A stretch of 64,000 nucleotides of DNA, from UHGV virus genome UHGV-1351770. One strand, written 5' to 3'. Each line of letters starts with the position of its first letter. Within the stretch, counting starts at the first letter, position 1. The stretch is from a virus. Positions 25,350 to 34,936 of the stretch are shown here, in pieces. The notes below the pieces were generated by a model that had not been told where the DNA came from, made no database searches, and was given only the letters and a program-made list of their open reading frames with translations. Position numbers and translations under genes: made by a program.

Positions 25350-28139
25350 GTGTTCTCAATCCTACAAGGTCATGCAGGATTTCATCGCGATTTAGCTACA
25401 GGCAATTGGCGAGAAGTTAAAGCAGAAGACTATCTTTTTGCTAAAAGATTTTCCTCAAAGCATCCTGAAGGTAAACCAGCTTCAATGCCCTTCAAGTTTG
25501 ATGTAATTGATGAAGTTGATCCGCAAACCCTAGTAGAAATGCTTCCTCTTATGAGACGTTTAACGTCTGACCCTCATATCGTTGCGGTACGAGGTAGATG
25601 TCTTGCACCTAAAAATAATGTGCGACGTAAGAAGGGCAACTTTAATGTATCTAACCCAAGCAATATAATTGCAATGGACGTGGATGGTATTGTAGATACA
25701 GGTGGTTGTAACAAGTTTGATCTTGTTGGCATGGCTCGACATATTATTAGAATGTTAAATAGTATTAGTGAGGATATGTTTCCTCTTGATGCAGGGTTTA
25801 TCGCTCATGCATCGTCTTCGGCTGGGCTAAAACCGGGTATCCGAATGCACTTAATACTAGAATCTAATGTTAAAGTAACTCAGGGTCAAATCAAATTCTT
25901 ATTTACATCTATCAACGAAAGTAGTAGACAAAAGTATGGCTTTGATATTGCCGACTTAGCTTATTACTCTTCCGTACAGCTCCATTATTTTGCAGATCCG
26001 TTATTTACCGATGGTATAGTAGATCCGTTTAAAGCGGAGGGTGCTTCACGTCTGGTATTTGTTAAGGGTTCTAAAGTAAATTTACCCAATAATCTGGTTG
26101 ACTATGAAACAGCTAGAGGTGAGTTTAAGGAGGAGTTTTACTCTTTACTCGATCAAATTAAAGGTAAAAAAGCTGCCTCTGATAAAGTAGAGGAAACTAT
26201 CAGCGAACTAGAAGAAGCTGAGGATGGAGTGTATCTACGTATCATACCTAAACTCTATCACAGAGCCTTAGAGGATGGTGTTGATTTTGCATGGCTAGAA
26301 AAAGAAATCCGTCCAGCCTTATCAGAATATATTGCAACTAAAGATAACAGTCGCAATATTCAAGATTACTTTAATAACGGTCGTAAACAGGCTCTGAAAG
26401 CATTTGTTAATAATTCTAAACGTGATATACCTGATGTTTTAAAGGGTATTCCACTCAAAAAGCTAGAAACTAATTCTCTAGAAACTGATAACTTCTTGAA
26501 ATTAAATACTGTACCACCAGAAGGTTATATGACTTTTGTAAAAGCAAGTCTAGGTACAGGTAAAACTACAGCGGTTGTGCGTTGGTTAGATTCAGGAGTT
26601 ATTAAAGGTAATTTCTTAGCAATTACCAATACTCGAGCACTGGTATCTTCAAATGCTAAGAAATTTAGTGCAGGACAATATGATAAGTCTGTAGATATGC
26701 TTAATTTTAAGCGTGGTGCTATTGACCGTATGTCCACAACTATTCACTCTTTGCATAAGTTCAAGAGTTTTATTGGTCAAATCGATGCAATCTTTATCGA
26801 TGAATGTGATGCTGTAATGAATGACCTACTATTCGCCCCGGTTGTTAAACAACGTCGTGAATGTATTCAGGTTCTTCGGGATATTCTTGCAACTGCAAAA
26901 ATCATTATATTATCTGATGGGGATATTAGTGCAGAAACAATTGAAGCATATGGTTCTTTGATTGAGTTTGATAAACCAGTAGCATTTTATAATCATCACC
27001 GTAAGATGCTGTCAAAAGCTCATGCTTATGAGTTTCCTGATGAATCCAGTATTTGGGTTGCACTTCAGACTTCTCTAGAAATGGGGGAGAAATCTATTCT
27101 GGTATCTGATTGTGGCCCGGATGAACTGAATGAGAAGGGCATGGCGTTGCGTCGTAATACTGGTGCGTTAGTTAAGGAAATCCACTCAAATTCTACATCC
27201 GATGTAGATATTCGACGTATTCTGGATTACACAACTAATGAGCTAATTGATCAACAAATTGATTGCTTATTATGTAGTCCATCCGTAACAAGTGGTGTTG
27301 ACTTCAACTATTTTGATAACGTATTCGTTATTACTAGAACCAGCAACCAAGCGCCAAACATGCGTTTCCAAGCAATCAGGCGCGACCGTGGCGCTCAGAA
27401 CATTTATTATTTTATTGATAAATCTACGAGTGGATTCTCCGCAGGTTCTGAGCAATATAACATTGATGAAGGTTGGCTGGAGTTAGCACAGCAATTATAC
27501 GCACGTCGCAGGGAGCTGGAATCTAGAAACTATACTAGTACTTTACGTTATTACTTGCTTGATCAGGGTGCAACTATTGATATTTTCAGCGAAAGCTGGG
27601 GAACTATCGAAGGTGCAGGAAAAGAGTATACGGAAGAGCGAATCAAAGCTATTTTGTATTCAACCCCTGATTATTGTGCTCCACGCCATGCAGATGCGTA
27701 TGAAGCTAAACTACTTCTTGTTCGCTATTATCATCTTGAGTCTATTAAAGATGTAACAGTTGAGCATGTTGAACAATATATCAAGGATAAACCGAATGAT
27801 CGAGCGGCATTCTTCCATAAAATGCACGAGATGTTCTGGGAAGATATTAAGAAGTGTTCAAATGTCACTATCAAACCATTCATAGAAGCTCTGAAAGGTA
27901 AGAAGAAAGATTTCTTCCTTAAAACAGGTCAGAGTGCTAACCCAAAATATGCTAGAATGTATCTTGGTATGATGGGTATTGGTAAGGATATGAACACGGA
28001 GAATATTGTAGACTGGTACAGAACCTATTGTAAAATCGAGTGTATGCCAATCCCGTATAAGTTTATGACTGATGAGGAGAAACATATGCATGATGAAGCA
28101 ATGGCAGAGCTAGGTGCTAGAAATGACAGTGAAGAATAA
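25350..28139 (+). CDS. Putative replication initiation protein: AEP-like primase-polymerase N-terminal domain plus P-loop NTPase (929 aa from GTG at 25350)
   Basis: AGGAG SD 7 nt before the GTG. DxD (IIAMDVDG), SSAGLKPGIRMH and D motifs in the N-terminal domain. Walker A GTGKTT and Walker B IFIDECD in the C-terminal domain. Confidence 0.5.
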   Translation: MFSILQGHAGFHRDLATGNWREVKAEDYLFAKRFSSKHPEGKPASMPFKFDVIDEVDPQTLVEMLPLMRRLTSDPHIVAVRGRCLAPKNNVRRKKGNFNVSNPSNIIAMDVDGIVDTGGCNKFDLVGMARHIIRMLNSISEDMFPLDAGFIAHASSSAGLKPGIRMHLILESNVKVTQGQIKFLFTSINESSRQKYGFDIADLAYYSSVQLHYFADPLFTDGIVDPFKAEGASRLVFVKGSKVNLPNNLVDYETARGEFKEEFYSLLDQIKGKKAASDKVEETISELEEAEDGVYLRIIPKLYHRALEDGVDFAWLEKEIRPALSEYIATKDNSRNIQDYFNNGRKQALKAFVNNSKRDIPDVLKGIPLKKLETNSLETDNFLKLNTVPPEGYMTFVKASLGTGKTTAVVRWLDSGVIKGNFLAITNTRALVSSNAKKFSAGQYDKSVDMLNFKRGAIDRMSTTIHSLHKFKSFIGQIDAIFIDECDAVMNDLLFAPVVKQRRECIQVLRDILATAKIIILSDGDISAETIEAYGSLIEFDKPVAFYNHHRKMLSKAHAYEFPDESSIWVALQTSLEMGEKSILVSDCGPDELNEKGMALRRNTGALVKEIHSNSTSDVDIRRILDYTTNELIDQQIDCLLCSPSVTSGVDFNYFDNVFVITRTSNQAPNMRFQAIRRDRGAQNIYYFIDKSTSGFSAGSEQYNIDEGWLELAQQLYARRRELESRNYTSTLRYYLLDQGATIDIFSESWGTIEGAGKEYTEERIKAILYSTPDYCAPRHADAYEAKLLLVRYYHLESIKDVTVEHVEQYIKDKPNDRAAFFHKMHEMFWEDIKKCSNVTIKPFIEALKGKKKDFFLKTGQSANPKYARMYLGMMGIGKDMNTENIVDWYRTYCKIECMPIPYKFMTDEEKHMHDEAMAELGARNDSEE

Positions 28140-28356
28140 AAAATGGGAAACAAGGAAGTTTCCAGTAAAAGAACGTAAAGTTCCTGTTTACGACACTTCG
28201 GAAAAGCTATGTAGGGTGGTACCGCATAGATTAGCTGGCATCCCTAACATATCCGAGTGGCTACTTAAACAACGGAAAACTAATGTGTCTCTTCGCATCG
28301 GCTTTGAGTTAGATAAAGTCTATGCTGAACTTGCTTCTTTGCTCAAGGAATCGTAA
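28114..28356 (+). CDS. Hypothetical basic protein (about 77-80 aa)
   Basis: Overlaps the 3' end of the upstream gene. Confidence 0.4.
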   Translation: MLEMTVKNKKWETRKFPVKERKVPVYDTSEKLCRVVPHRLAGIPNISEWLLKQRKTNVSLRIGFELDKVYAELASLLKES

Positions 28357-28424
28357 AAATTTATTTGCATAGTGCAAATAATTTCTGTATAATAGATTCA
28401 TAAATTTGAGAGAGGAGTTTAAAT

Positions 28425-29129
28425 ATGGCTGGTTCTCGTAGAAAGAAACATATCCATGAAATCCCAGATGAAGTCTTTAAAAAGGTTATAGAGCATCTGG
28501 AGAACGGTGGTACTAAGAAAGCAGCATGTGAAATGCTCGGCGTATCCTCTAATCCAACTATGGAAAGGATGATTGAAGAGTGGCAAGATCGCCAAATTCA
28601 AGTTGCCGAAATGAAGAAAAAGAAACGTGGCACACTAATTGAAGGCATCGAGTTAGCCAACGTTATTGAGCAGTATTTATCTGGTGATTCTTTTGAAGAA
28701 ATTGCCGATCGTAATTATCGCTCTGTAGCAATGGTTAAATCTGTTCTGGAACGCTACGGTGCTCTACTTCGTTTGAATGATATTGTAGATCCACTGAATC
28801 CTCCGATTATTCCTGATGATGCTGTAGCAGAAGAATTTGCAGTTGGTGAGCTTGTTTGGGTTCCTGGATACCAGTGTATCGGTGAAATCAAAAAAGCAAT
28901 GGATAACCCTGTTGGTTGCTACCGTGTATGGCTCCTATCAGAAGGCAAACAACAGAACGTCCATTATATGAATTACGAGCTGGCTTCTGTTAAACATCTG
29001 GAAAAGCTAGGGGTTGACGTAAAATCTCTAGGGTACAAGTGGACTCGTGAAGAAATTATTACGTTGATTAACGAAGCTGTTAAGGCCGCCTTGAAACTTG
29101 ATAAAGAAAAAGGAAAACGCCGTGAGTAG
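28425..29129 (+). CDS. DNA-binding protein with two helix-turn-helix motifs (234 aa)
   Basis: GTKKAACEMLGVSSNPTMERMI and FEEIADRNYRSVAMVKSVLERYG. Conserved promoter/leader directly upstream. Confidence 0.55.
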   Translation: MAGSRRKKHIHEIPDEVFKKVIEHLENGGTKKAACEMLGVSSNPTMERMIEEWQDRQIQVAEMKKKKRGTLIEGIELANVIEQYLSGDSFEEIADRNYRSVAMVKSVLERYGALLRLNDIVDPLNPPIIPDDAVAEEFAVGELVWVPGYQCIGEIKKAMDNPVGCYRVWLLSEGKQQNVHYMNYELASVKHLEKLGVDVKSLGYKWTREEIITLINEAVKAALKLDKEKGKRRE

Positions 29130-29373
29130 ACTAACTGATTTACTTAAAGATGGGGAAGTAAAAACACTATATCGTAGAAGCTGGGATAACGATAATAACG
29201 GCTTAGTGTTACTAACTTTAGATGCTGACTCGGATGTAGCTACTCAGCATACCTGGGTAGCCGGTAACTATCCATATAGCGAGGTTGTTTCATTAACAGT
29301 ATGCGAAGCTATTGCAGACGATTGGGAGGTTGCCAGCATCGAGGATATGCTCGCTGTTGGCCTGGTGGAGTAA
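29122..29373 (+). CDS. Hypothetical protein (probable GTG start at 29122 after an AAGGAAA SD; the ORF-track ATG at 29098 is the alternative)
   Basis: SD spacing favours the GTG. Confidence 0.4.
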   Translation: MSRLTDLLKDGEVKTLYRRSWDNDNNGLVLLTLDADSDVATQHTWVAGNYPYSEVVSLTVCEAIADDWEVASIEDMLAVGLVE

Positions 29374-29476
29374 CTACTTAAAAATTTCAGTTGCTTAATC
29401 CTACAATTCTTGATATAATATTCTCATAGTTTGAAAGAACTATTCTGTTTAATTCTTAATTAAGGAAATATAAAAT

Positions 29477-29887
29477 ATGACTACTCCAACTCAGTGGACT
29501 GATGAACTGTTCGAAAAAATGTCTTCCGAATATGTTGCTCGTATGGAGCAATTCCCAGAGGATGAACGTCCCGGTGTTAGCATGGAAATTGTTAGCGAAA
29601 TTGCCCAGGAAAATGGCGTAACTCCGAACGGTTTTCGTATGAAGCTGACTAAAGCAGGTTTGTATATCAAGAAAGCTGCTGGTTCTACTTCTAAATCTAG
29701 CGCATCTACTGGAGAAAAAGCTTCCGGTGGTTCTCGTACCTCCAAAGCACAAGCCCATGCCGACCTTCGCGCAGCATTCTCTGACGCTGGCTTAGCACCA
29801 GATTTTCTGGATGATGCAATTATCGACAAACTGACCGGTAAAGCGGCTGCTCATCTGGCAGAAGCAATCCGAGCTATCACTAAGTAA
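29477..29887 (+). CDS. Hypothetical protein (136 aa) with a Ser/Gly-rich linker
   Basis: TTGCTT-17-TATAAT promoter plus AAGGAAA SD upstream. Antisense ORFs here are rejected. Confidence 0.55.
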   Translation: MTTPTQWTDELFEKMSSEYVARMEQFPEDERPGVSMEIVSEIAQENGVTPNGFRMKLTKAGLYIKKAAGSTSKSSASTGEKASGGSRTSKAQAHADLRAAFSDAGLAPDFLDDAIIDKLTGKAAAHLAEAIRAITK

Positions 29888-29924
29888 TATTTAGATAAAT
29901 CCACCAACAAAAGGAACTACAGTT

Positions 29925-30221
29925 ATGACCAAAGCTGAAATTATCGCACAATGTGAAAAATTTGGTGAGTTTTATCTTCATTACGAGAAACTTCGTCAGA
30001 AAGGAACCACGTACCTTCAGGGTACGATGGAATTTGATCCAGCCCAAGATAAATATCTGGCTGAGCGTATTAAACGTGAACGTATTCGTAAAGAGAAAGA
30101 TGATGAGATCCTTGTCTTCTCTCGTACTAATGATAGCTTCCGTTTTATTCCTGTCGAGAAAGTCCGTCGTGTGACTAGCCTCCAATCAGAGTTAGATCGT
30201 GCTTCTCCAGTAGGCCGATAA
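29925..30221 (+). CDS. Hypothetical protein (98 aa)
   Basis: Terminator at 30229-30256 downstream. Confidence 0.5.
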   Translation: MTKAEIIAQCEKFGEFYLHYEKLRQKGTTYLQGTMEFDPAQDKYLAERIKRERIRKEKDDEILVFSRTNDSFRFIPVEKVRRVTSLQSELDRASPVGR

Positions 30222-30228
30222 GAAACCA

Positions 30229-30256
30229 ATTAGCCCCTATATGGGGCTTTTTGTGT
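30229..30256 (+). terminator. Rho-independent terminator
   Basis: agcccc-tatat-ggggct followed by ttttgtg. Confidence 0.7.
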
Positions 30257-30271
30257 ATTTGGGATATGTAA

Positions 30272-30580
30272 ATGAGCGAACAGGTAAATCAAAACTATGA
30301 AGGACACGTTGATGACCAGTCCATCATACTTTGGGAGAAGGAGGGAGAACAAGTAAGATTAACAGTATCTGAATTTCGTGGGAATCTATACATGGGTATT
30401 CGTTACTGGCTTCTTGATATTAATGATGAATGGTTTCCAACGAAATCTGGCTTCTCTTTTCCTTACACCCTAGAAACAACATCACAGCTTTTCTATGCGT
30501 TTACACAGATTCTTAGCGAATCTGAGGTTTTACATGAAGTACAGAAACGAGCTGAAGAACTCAAAGCCAAGAATGCCTAG
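30272..30580 (+). CDS. Hypothetical protein (102 aa)
   Basis: Terminator hairpin at 30563-30600 overlaps the stop. Confidence 0.5.
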   Translation: MSEQVNQNYEGHVDDQSIILWEKEGEQVRLTVSEFRGNLYMGIRYWLLDINDEWFPTKSGFSFPYTLETTSQLFYAFTQILSESEVLHEVQKRAEELKAKNA

Positions 30581-30600
30581 TTCTTGGCTTTTTCTTTATA
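30563..30600 (+). terminator. Rho-independent terminator
   Basis: aagccaagaa-tgcctag-ttcttggctt followed by tttctttat. Confidence 0.7.
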
Positions 30601-30667
30601 AATGTATTTGCTTTCAACTCAGTTTTGTTATATAATATTTATATAAATTAATGAGAGATACAAATAA

Positions 30668-31639
30668 ATGACTAATGTAAAAGAATTTATTAAACGCTGT
30701 CAAGAAGCATACTATCAAGGCATGTCTTTAATCTCTGATGAAGAATATGATTGCTTAGTAAAACGCTTCCCACTAGAAGAAGAGATCGGGCCTAAGGGTG
30801 ATATTCCACATCTGTATCGTATGTATTCTTTGCAGAAAGTTTACTATAATCGTGGAGACAAACCACCATTCAATCCATTAGGACAAGTAGAAACAGATAA
30901 ACTGGATGGGTGTGCAATTTCTCTACTGTATATTGATGGTGAATTTGTCCAAGCACTAACTCGTGGTAACGGTATTTTAGGAAATGATGTCACAAGCAAC
31001 GTAAGATTGCTGAACATACCTAAAAAGATTTCTCAAAAAGTACCAACCCAAATCACTGGTGAAGTTCTAATTACAAAAGAAGTAGAAAATAAACGTAACT
31101 TTGCCTCTGGTGCTATTAACCTCAAAGATAGCGATGATTTCGTACAACGTATTGGAGAAGGTGGTTTAATCTTCGTTGCATATGGTATTCAGTGTTCTGC
31201 CGAATCTGTAGGTATTACAGAATCGTATTTAAAAGATATGCTTTGGCTAGAGAATGAGGACTTCTTAACAGTTGTTAATGTGCGTTCCTTCTTTAAATGG
31301 ATTCCTACGGACGGTAAAGTTGTTCGTATTAATGACAACAACAAATTCTTCCGAGAAGGCTGGACTAATAAATTCCCTCGTGGAGCATTCGCTATTAAAG
31401 AGGATGAAGAAGGCGAGATTACAACTCTTACTAAAGTTGAATGGCAGGTAGGGGCTTCTGGTAAAGTAACTCCAGTTGGCTATTTCGAACCGGTAATTAT
31501 TGATGATGCTACAATTGTTAAGGCGACTCTTAATAACGTTGATTATATTAACTCTCTTGATCTAGAGATCGGTTGCCAGATTCGAGTGATTCGTGCTGGT
31601 GGTGTAATCCCGTGCATAGTAGAGCGAGTATACGATTAA
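30668..31639 (+). CDS. ligA: NAD-dependent DNA ligase, N-terminal part (Ia/adenylation/OB domains)
   Basis: KxDG motif KLDGCAISL. OB-domain ending ...RVIRAGGVIPCIVERV aligns to the end of the E. coli LigA OB fold. Confidence 0.8.
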   Translation: MTNVKEFIKRCQEAYYQGMSLISDEEYDCLVKRFPLEEEIGPKGDIPHLYRMYSLQKVYYNRGDKPPFNPLGQVETDKLDGCAISLLYIDGEFVQALTRGNGILGNDVTSNVRLLNIPKKISQKVPTQITGEVLITKEVENKRNFASGAINLKDSDDFVQRIGEGGLIFVAYGIQCSAESVGITESYLKDMLWLENEDFLTVVNVRSFFKWIPTDGKVVRINDNNKFFREGWTNKFPRGAFAIKEDEEGEITTLTKVEWQVGASGKVTPVGYFEPVIIDDATIVKATLNNVDYINSLDLEIGCQIRVIRAGGVIPCIVERVYD

Positions 31640-31689
31640 TACATAACCCTTTGCTACCCATCTACCATATCGGAATTATAAAGTGGTTA

Positions 31690-31718
31690 TTGACATTTTC
31701 GCCGCTTAGGTATATACT
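31690..31718 (+). promoter_or_regulatory. Sigma70 promoter TTGACA-17-TATACT in the spacer between the ligase halves
   Basis: Exact -35 hexamer with a 17-bp spacer. Confidence 0.55.
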
Positions 31719-31782
31719 ATTATCATTCAGTTGAGGGATAGAAAGTTATGGCGAGGGTAAGCAAAGTTAGTTAAAATTGTAG

Positions 31783-31838
31783 TTGCTAAATGCTTAAATA
31801 CTTGCTATAATATTTATATAAATTGATAAGGAAGAAAT
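31783..31838 (+). promoter_or_regulatory. Conserved phage early promoter/leader (TTGCTA-17-TATAAT + ATTTATATAAATTGATAAGG) for the ligase C-terminal part
   Basis: One instance of the motif that recurs about 25 times in the window. Confidence 0.7.
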
Positions 31839-32621
31839 TTGATGAAAATCGAAATTCCAACACAATGTCCCTCTTGTGGTTCTAAGCTAGATCTTGTCAA
31901 CGGACAATTATTCTGTCGGAATAAGTCCAACTGTCCAGCGCAATCAAGTAAGTTAATTGAGAACTTCTGTTCAAAAATGAAGTTAAAGGGCTTTGGCCCA
32001 AAAACTATTGAGAAGCTGGAGCTGACGAAGATTTCAGAACTATTTTATCTAACCGAAGAAGATTTGGTTAGAGCCGTGGGTAGCAAGGTTGCCGCTAAGT
32101 TAATTAGCGAATTAAATACTAAAGTTCGCGGAGACATTGACTTTGGTTCAGTTCTCGGTTCTTTAGGAATCCCTCTAATTGGAGAGGTTGCAGCAAAGAA
32201 ATTATCCCAAAATTGCACTAGCTTCCATGATGTGAAGGCTGACGGCAAAGCTGGAGAAAACTATAGAGCCTGGCTAAATTCCCCACAAGGCAAGGATGTT
32301 ATTGAACTACCGTGGAAATTTTCAACTGGTATTAAGGGCACTAAAGCTAATATTATCACTACGGATGAATTAGTTGCCCAGCCAAATGGAATCGCGGTAT
32401 GTATTACCGGATCTTTGCAAGATTTTGCAAATAGAACGGATGCAACAAACTATTTAGAAAGTCTAGGGTATACGGTTAAGAAATCCGTTACTAAAGACGT
32501 CAAATACCTAATCTGTGAGGATGAATCAAAACGTTCTTCCTCATCTTATAAGAAAGCCGAAACGAATGGGATAGAAATCCTGTCGATTAAAGAACTATTG
32601 GAGAAAAATAATAATGTCTAA
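31839..32621 (+). CDS. ligA: NAD-dependent DNA ligase, C-terminal part (Zn finger, HhH, BRCT)
   Basis: CPSCGSKLDLVNGQLFCRNKSNCPAQ (Cys4 Zn finger), HhH region, BRCT-like ending. Confidence 0.75.
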   Translation: MMKIEIPTQCPSCGSKLDLVNGQLFCRNKSNCPAQSSKLIENFCSKMKLKGFGPKTIEKLELTKISELFYLTEEDLVRAVGSKVAAKLISELNTKVRGDIDFGSVLGSLGIPLIGEVAAKKLSQNCTSFHDVKADGKAGENYRAWLNSPQGKDVIELPWKFSTGIKGTKANIITTDELVAQPNGIAVCITGSLQDFANRTDATNYLESLGYTVKKSVTKDVKYLICEDESKRSSSSYKKAETNGIEILSIKELLEKNNNV

Positions 32622-33381
32622 ACTGAACTGGAACGTAGAAGGTGTAACCGAGTCTCTGAAAGCAAAAGCCACTGCTCTGGGTGTTTCTGTAATCTCTCAA
32701 GAACAAGTAGCTGCTATCGCTGCTGAACTGGCTGCTGAAACTGGCAAAGATGTTACTGCTCGCTCTGTTGGCTCTAAACTGCGTAAAGAAGGTTTTGAAG
32801 TACAAAAAGCTAACGAAGTACAGAAATCTCCGTGGACTCCTGAGCAGGAAGCTGAACTGGTTGATTTCCTGAATGCTCATGCTGGTCAGTATACCTATGC
32901 TGAAATCGCTGCTGCTGTAGCTGGGGGTCAGTTCGGTGCTAAACAGGTACAGGGTAAGATCCTGAGTCTGGAAATGACCGCTTCTGTTAAGCCAACCGAA
33001 AAAGCTGCTGCTGTTCGTTCCTTCACTCCGGATGAAGAAACTGATTTTGTTAATCAGGTTGTTGCTGGTGCTACTATTGAAGCTATCGCTGCTCACTTCG
33101 GTCGTAATATCAAGCAGATCCGTGGTAAAGCTCTGAGCCTGCTTCGTGAAGGTCGTATCGCTGCTATGCCGGTACAGGAAACCTCAAGTGCTAAAACTCG
33201 TGAAGATCTGTTAGAAGGTCTGGATCTGGTTAACATGACTGTTGCTGAGATCGCTGAGAAAACTGGTAAATCTGAGCGCGGTGTTAAATCTATGCTGTCT
33301 CGTCGTGGTCTGGTTGCTAAGGACTATGATGGTGCCGCTAAGCGTGCTAAACTGGATGCAAAAGCTGCGGCTGCTGAATAA
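32614..33381 (+). CDS. Repeat-containing protein (255 aa) with three approximately 30-aa HTH-like repeats
   Basis: Repeats TYAEIAAAVAG..GAKQVQGKILSLE, TIEAIAAHFGRNIKQIRGKALSLL and TVAEIAEKTGKSERGVKSMLSRRGL. Strongly biased E. coli-optimal codons (ctg, cgt, gct). Confidence 0.6.
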   Translation: MSKLNWNVEGVTESLKAKATALGVSVISQEQVAAIAAELAAETGKDVTARSVGSKLRKEGFEVQKANEVQKSPWTPEQEAELVDFLNAHAGQYTYAEIAAAVAGGQFGAKQVQGKILSLEMTASVKPTEKAAAVRSFTPDEETDFVNQVVAGATIEAIAAHFGRNIKQIRGKALSLLREGRIAAMPVQETSSAKTREDLLEGLDLVNMTVAEIAEKTGKSERGVKSMLSRRGLVAKDYDGAAKRAKLDAKAAAAE

Positions 33382-33412
33382 TCTGGTAAATTAAACCTAA
33401 GGGGAGGGGGCT

Positions 33413-34936
33413 ATGCTCCTTCCCCTTTTTGCATTTAGAAGGCACGAAAGCGTGCAAAGGAGAATGACCTTGTTTAACGTGCAAGCTGTAGTGTTGAAGA
33501 TGCTTCTAGCTTCCGAACAGAAGCAAATAGCATTGGAAACATTCTCAAAACTGCATAAAGATCATTTTAATGACGCTTTCTCCTCAATTTACCAAGCCGT
33601 CCAGAATTATTATAAAAAATATAACACAATGCCGTCCATTGACGCACTTATGCTTGAAGCTAATAGGAACGCCCGCCTTTCTCAAGCTCTAGTCGTCTTA
33701 GCTAACACTCAAATTCCAGAAGTGAGCATGGAACAGGCACTTGAAGTCCTAGAAGCCGAATATACACAGGATTTATTCCTGAAGCTTCTAGAAACAGACG
33801 TGCTTCAAGATTTAACAATGCTGGATCAGGGAGAAATTCTCAACCGAGTTGCCTCCCTTCACTTAAAATTAGAAGAGAAAGTAACGAATACTGGAAAAGT
33901 ATTCAACGCAGATAACATGCGTATTTTCCAGAGAGAAGAAGATACCAAACTGAACTTAATCGCTCTTGGTATTTGTAATGAGTTCGACGCTCAAATCGGT
34001 TTAGCTCGCACAGAAACGTTACTGCTTGGTGGTTGGCGTGGTACTGGTAAATCCATTATCTGTTCAAACATACAGGTTCAGCAATATTTGAATGGGGATA
34101 TTGCTCCATACTTCTCAATTGAGATGAAAGAACATGAAGTATTTAGACGTAATCTAGCCATGTTAGCTGGTGTATCAGCACTAGCAATGCGTAATAATAC
34201 TCTAGAAGGTGCAGCTCTGTTGAGATTAGCCAGAACTAGAGCCAGAATGTTTAATGGTGGTGAAGAGCTTTTTGATAACTTCGTTAAACAGTACACAATG
34301 GCTAAGATGAGTGATTTCTACGATATGGAGAGTAAGCTAATAGAAGGATATGAACTACATACTCCTATGATTATCGTTTATGACCCTGAACTGTCCATTA
34401 CAACAGTTGACGTAGAATTAAATAAATTAGTTGCTAGATATGGTGATAAAGTTACAGTAGCTTTACTGGACTATATTAACCAAACCCGACTTCCAGACTC
34501 TAAAACCATTGATATGTATGACTGGAAAGAACAGATGGTTGTTAGCTCGTCTTTCAAATCTATCTGCCAGAAACATAACGTGGCTGGTGTAGCTCCTTAC
34601 CAGATCGATCAAGATGGTAGAACACGTATGTCAAAGGGTATTCTCGATTCCGCAGACATGGCTGCTAATCTTAATGCTGCAAAAGCTGATAATGGTCAAG
34701 GTGCTATTATGTTTGACTTCGTTAAGACTCGTTCTTCTGATAGCGTGAAGTTTATGCCTAAAATGAACTGGGAAACCTTGCGGATGGATAACACTACCAA
34801 CCTAGCAATGGAAGATATATCTCAAATGGAAGCTGAGTTCGTTATCCCTATTGAGAAGGATAAGCCGGCTCAACCTAAACGTGCTAAGAAAGATAAAACT
34901 GAAAATTCAACAGGTGAACAGGCCAGCGATATATGA
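33413..34936 (+). CDS. DnaB-family replicative helicase-like protein
   Basis: Walker A GWRGTGKSI. RecA-like C-terminal domain. GGGGAGGGGG SD. Confidence 0.55.
   Translation: MLLPLFAFRRHESVQRRMTLFNVQAVVLKMLLASEQKQIALETFSKLHKDHFNDAFSSIYQAVQNYYKKYNTMPSIDALMLEANRNARLSQALVVLANTQIPEVSMEQALEVLEAEYTQDLFLKLLETDVLQDLTMLDQGEILNRVASLHLKLEEKVTNTGKVFNADNMRIFQREEDTKLNLIALGICNEFDAQIGLARTETLLLGGWRGTGKSIICSNIQVQQYLNGDIAPYFSIEMKEHEVFRRNLAMLAGVSALAMRNNTLEGAALLRLARTRARMFNGGEELFDNFVKQYTMAKMSDFYDMESKLIEGYELHTPMIIVYDPELSITTVDVELNKLVARYGDKVTVALLDYINQTRLPDSKTIDMYDWKEQMVVSSSFKSICQKHNVAGVAPYQIDQDGRTRMSKGILDSADMAANLNAAKADNGQGAIMFDFVKTRSSDSVKFMPKMNWETLRMDNTTNLAMEDISQMEAEFVIPIEKDKPAQPKRAKKDKTENSTGEQASDI

Noticed and set aside
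29456-30229. Minus-strand ORFs 29456-29758, 29491-29829, 29880-30185 and 30017-30229
   Set aside because: Antisense to SD-bearing plus-strand genes within a uniformly plus-strand block.
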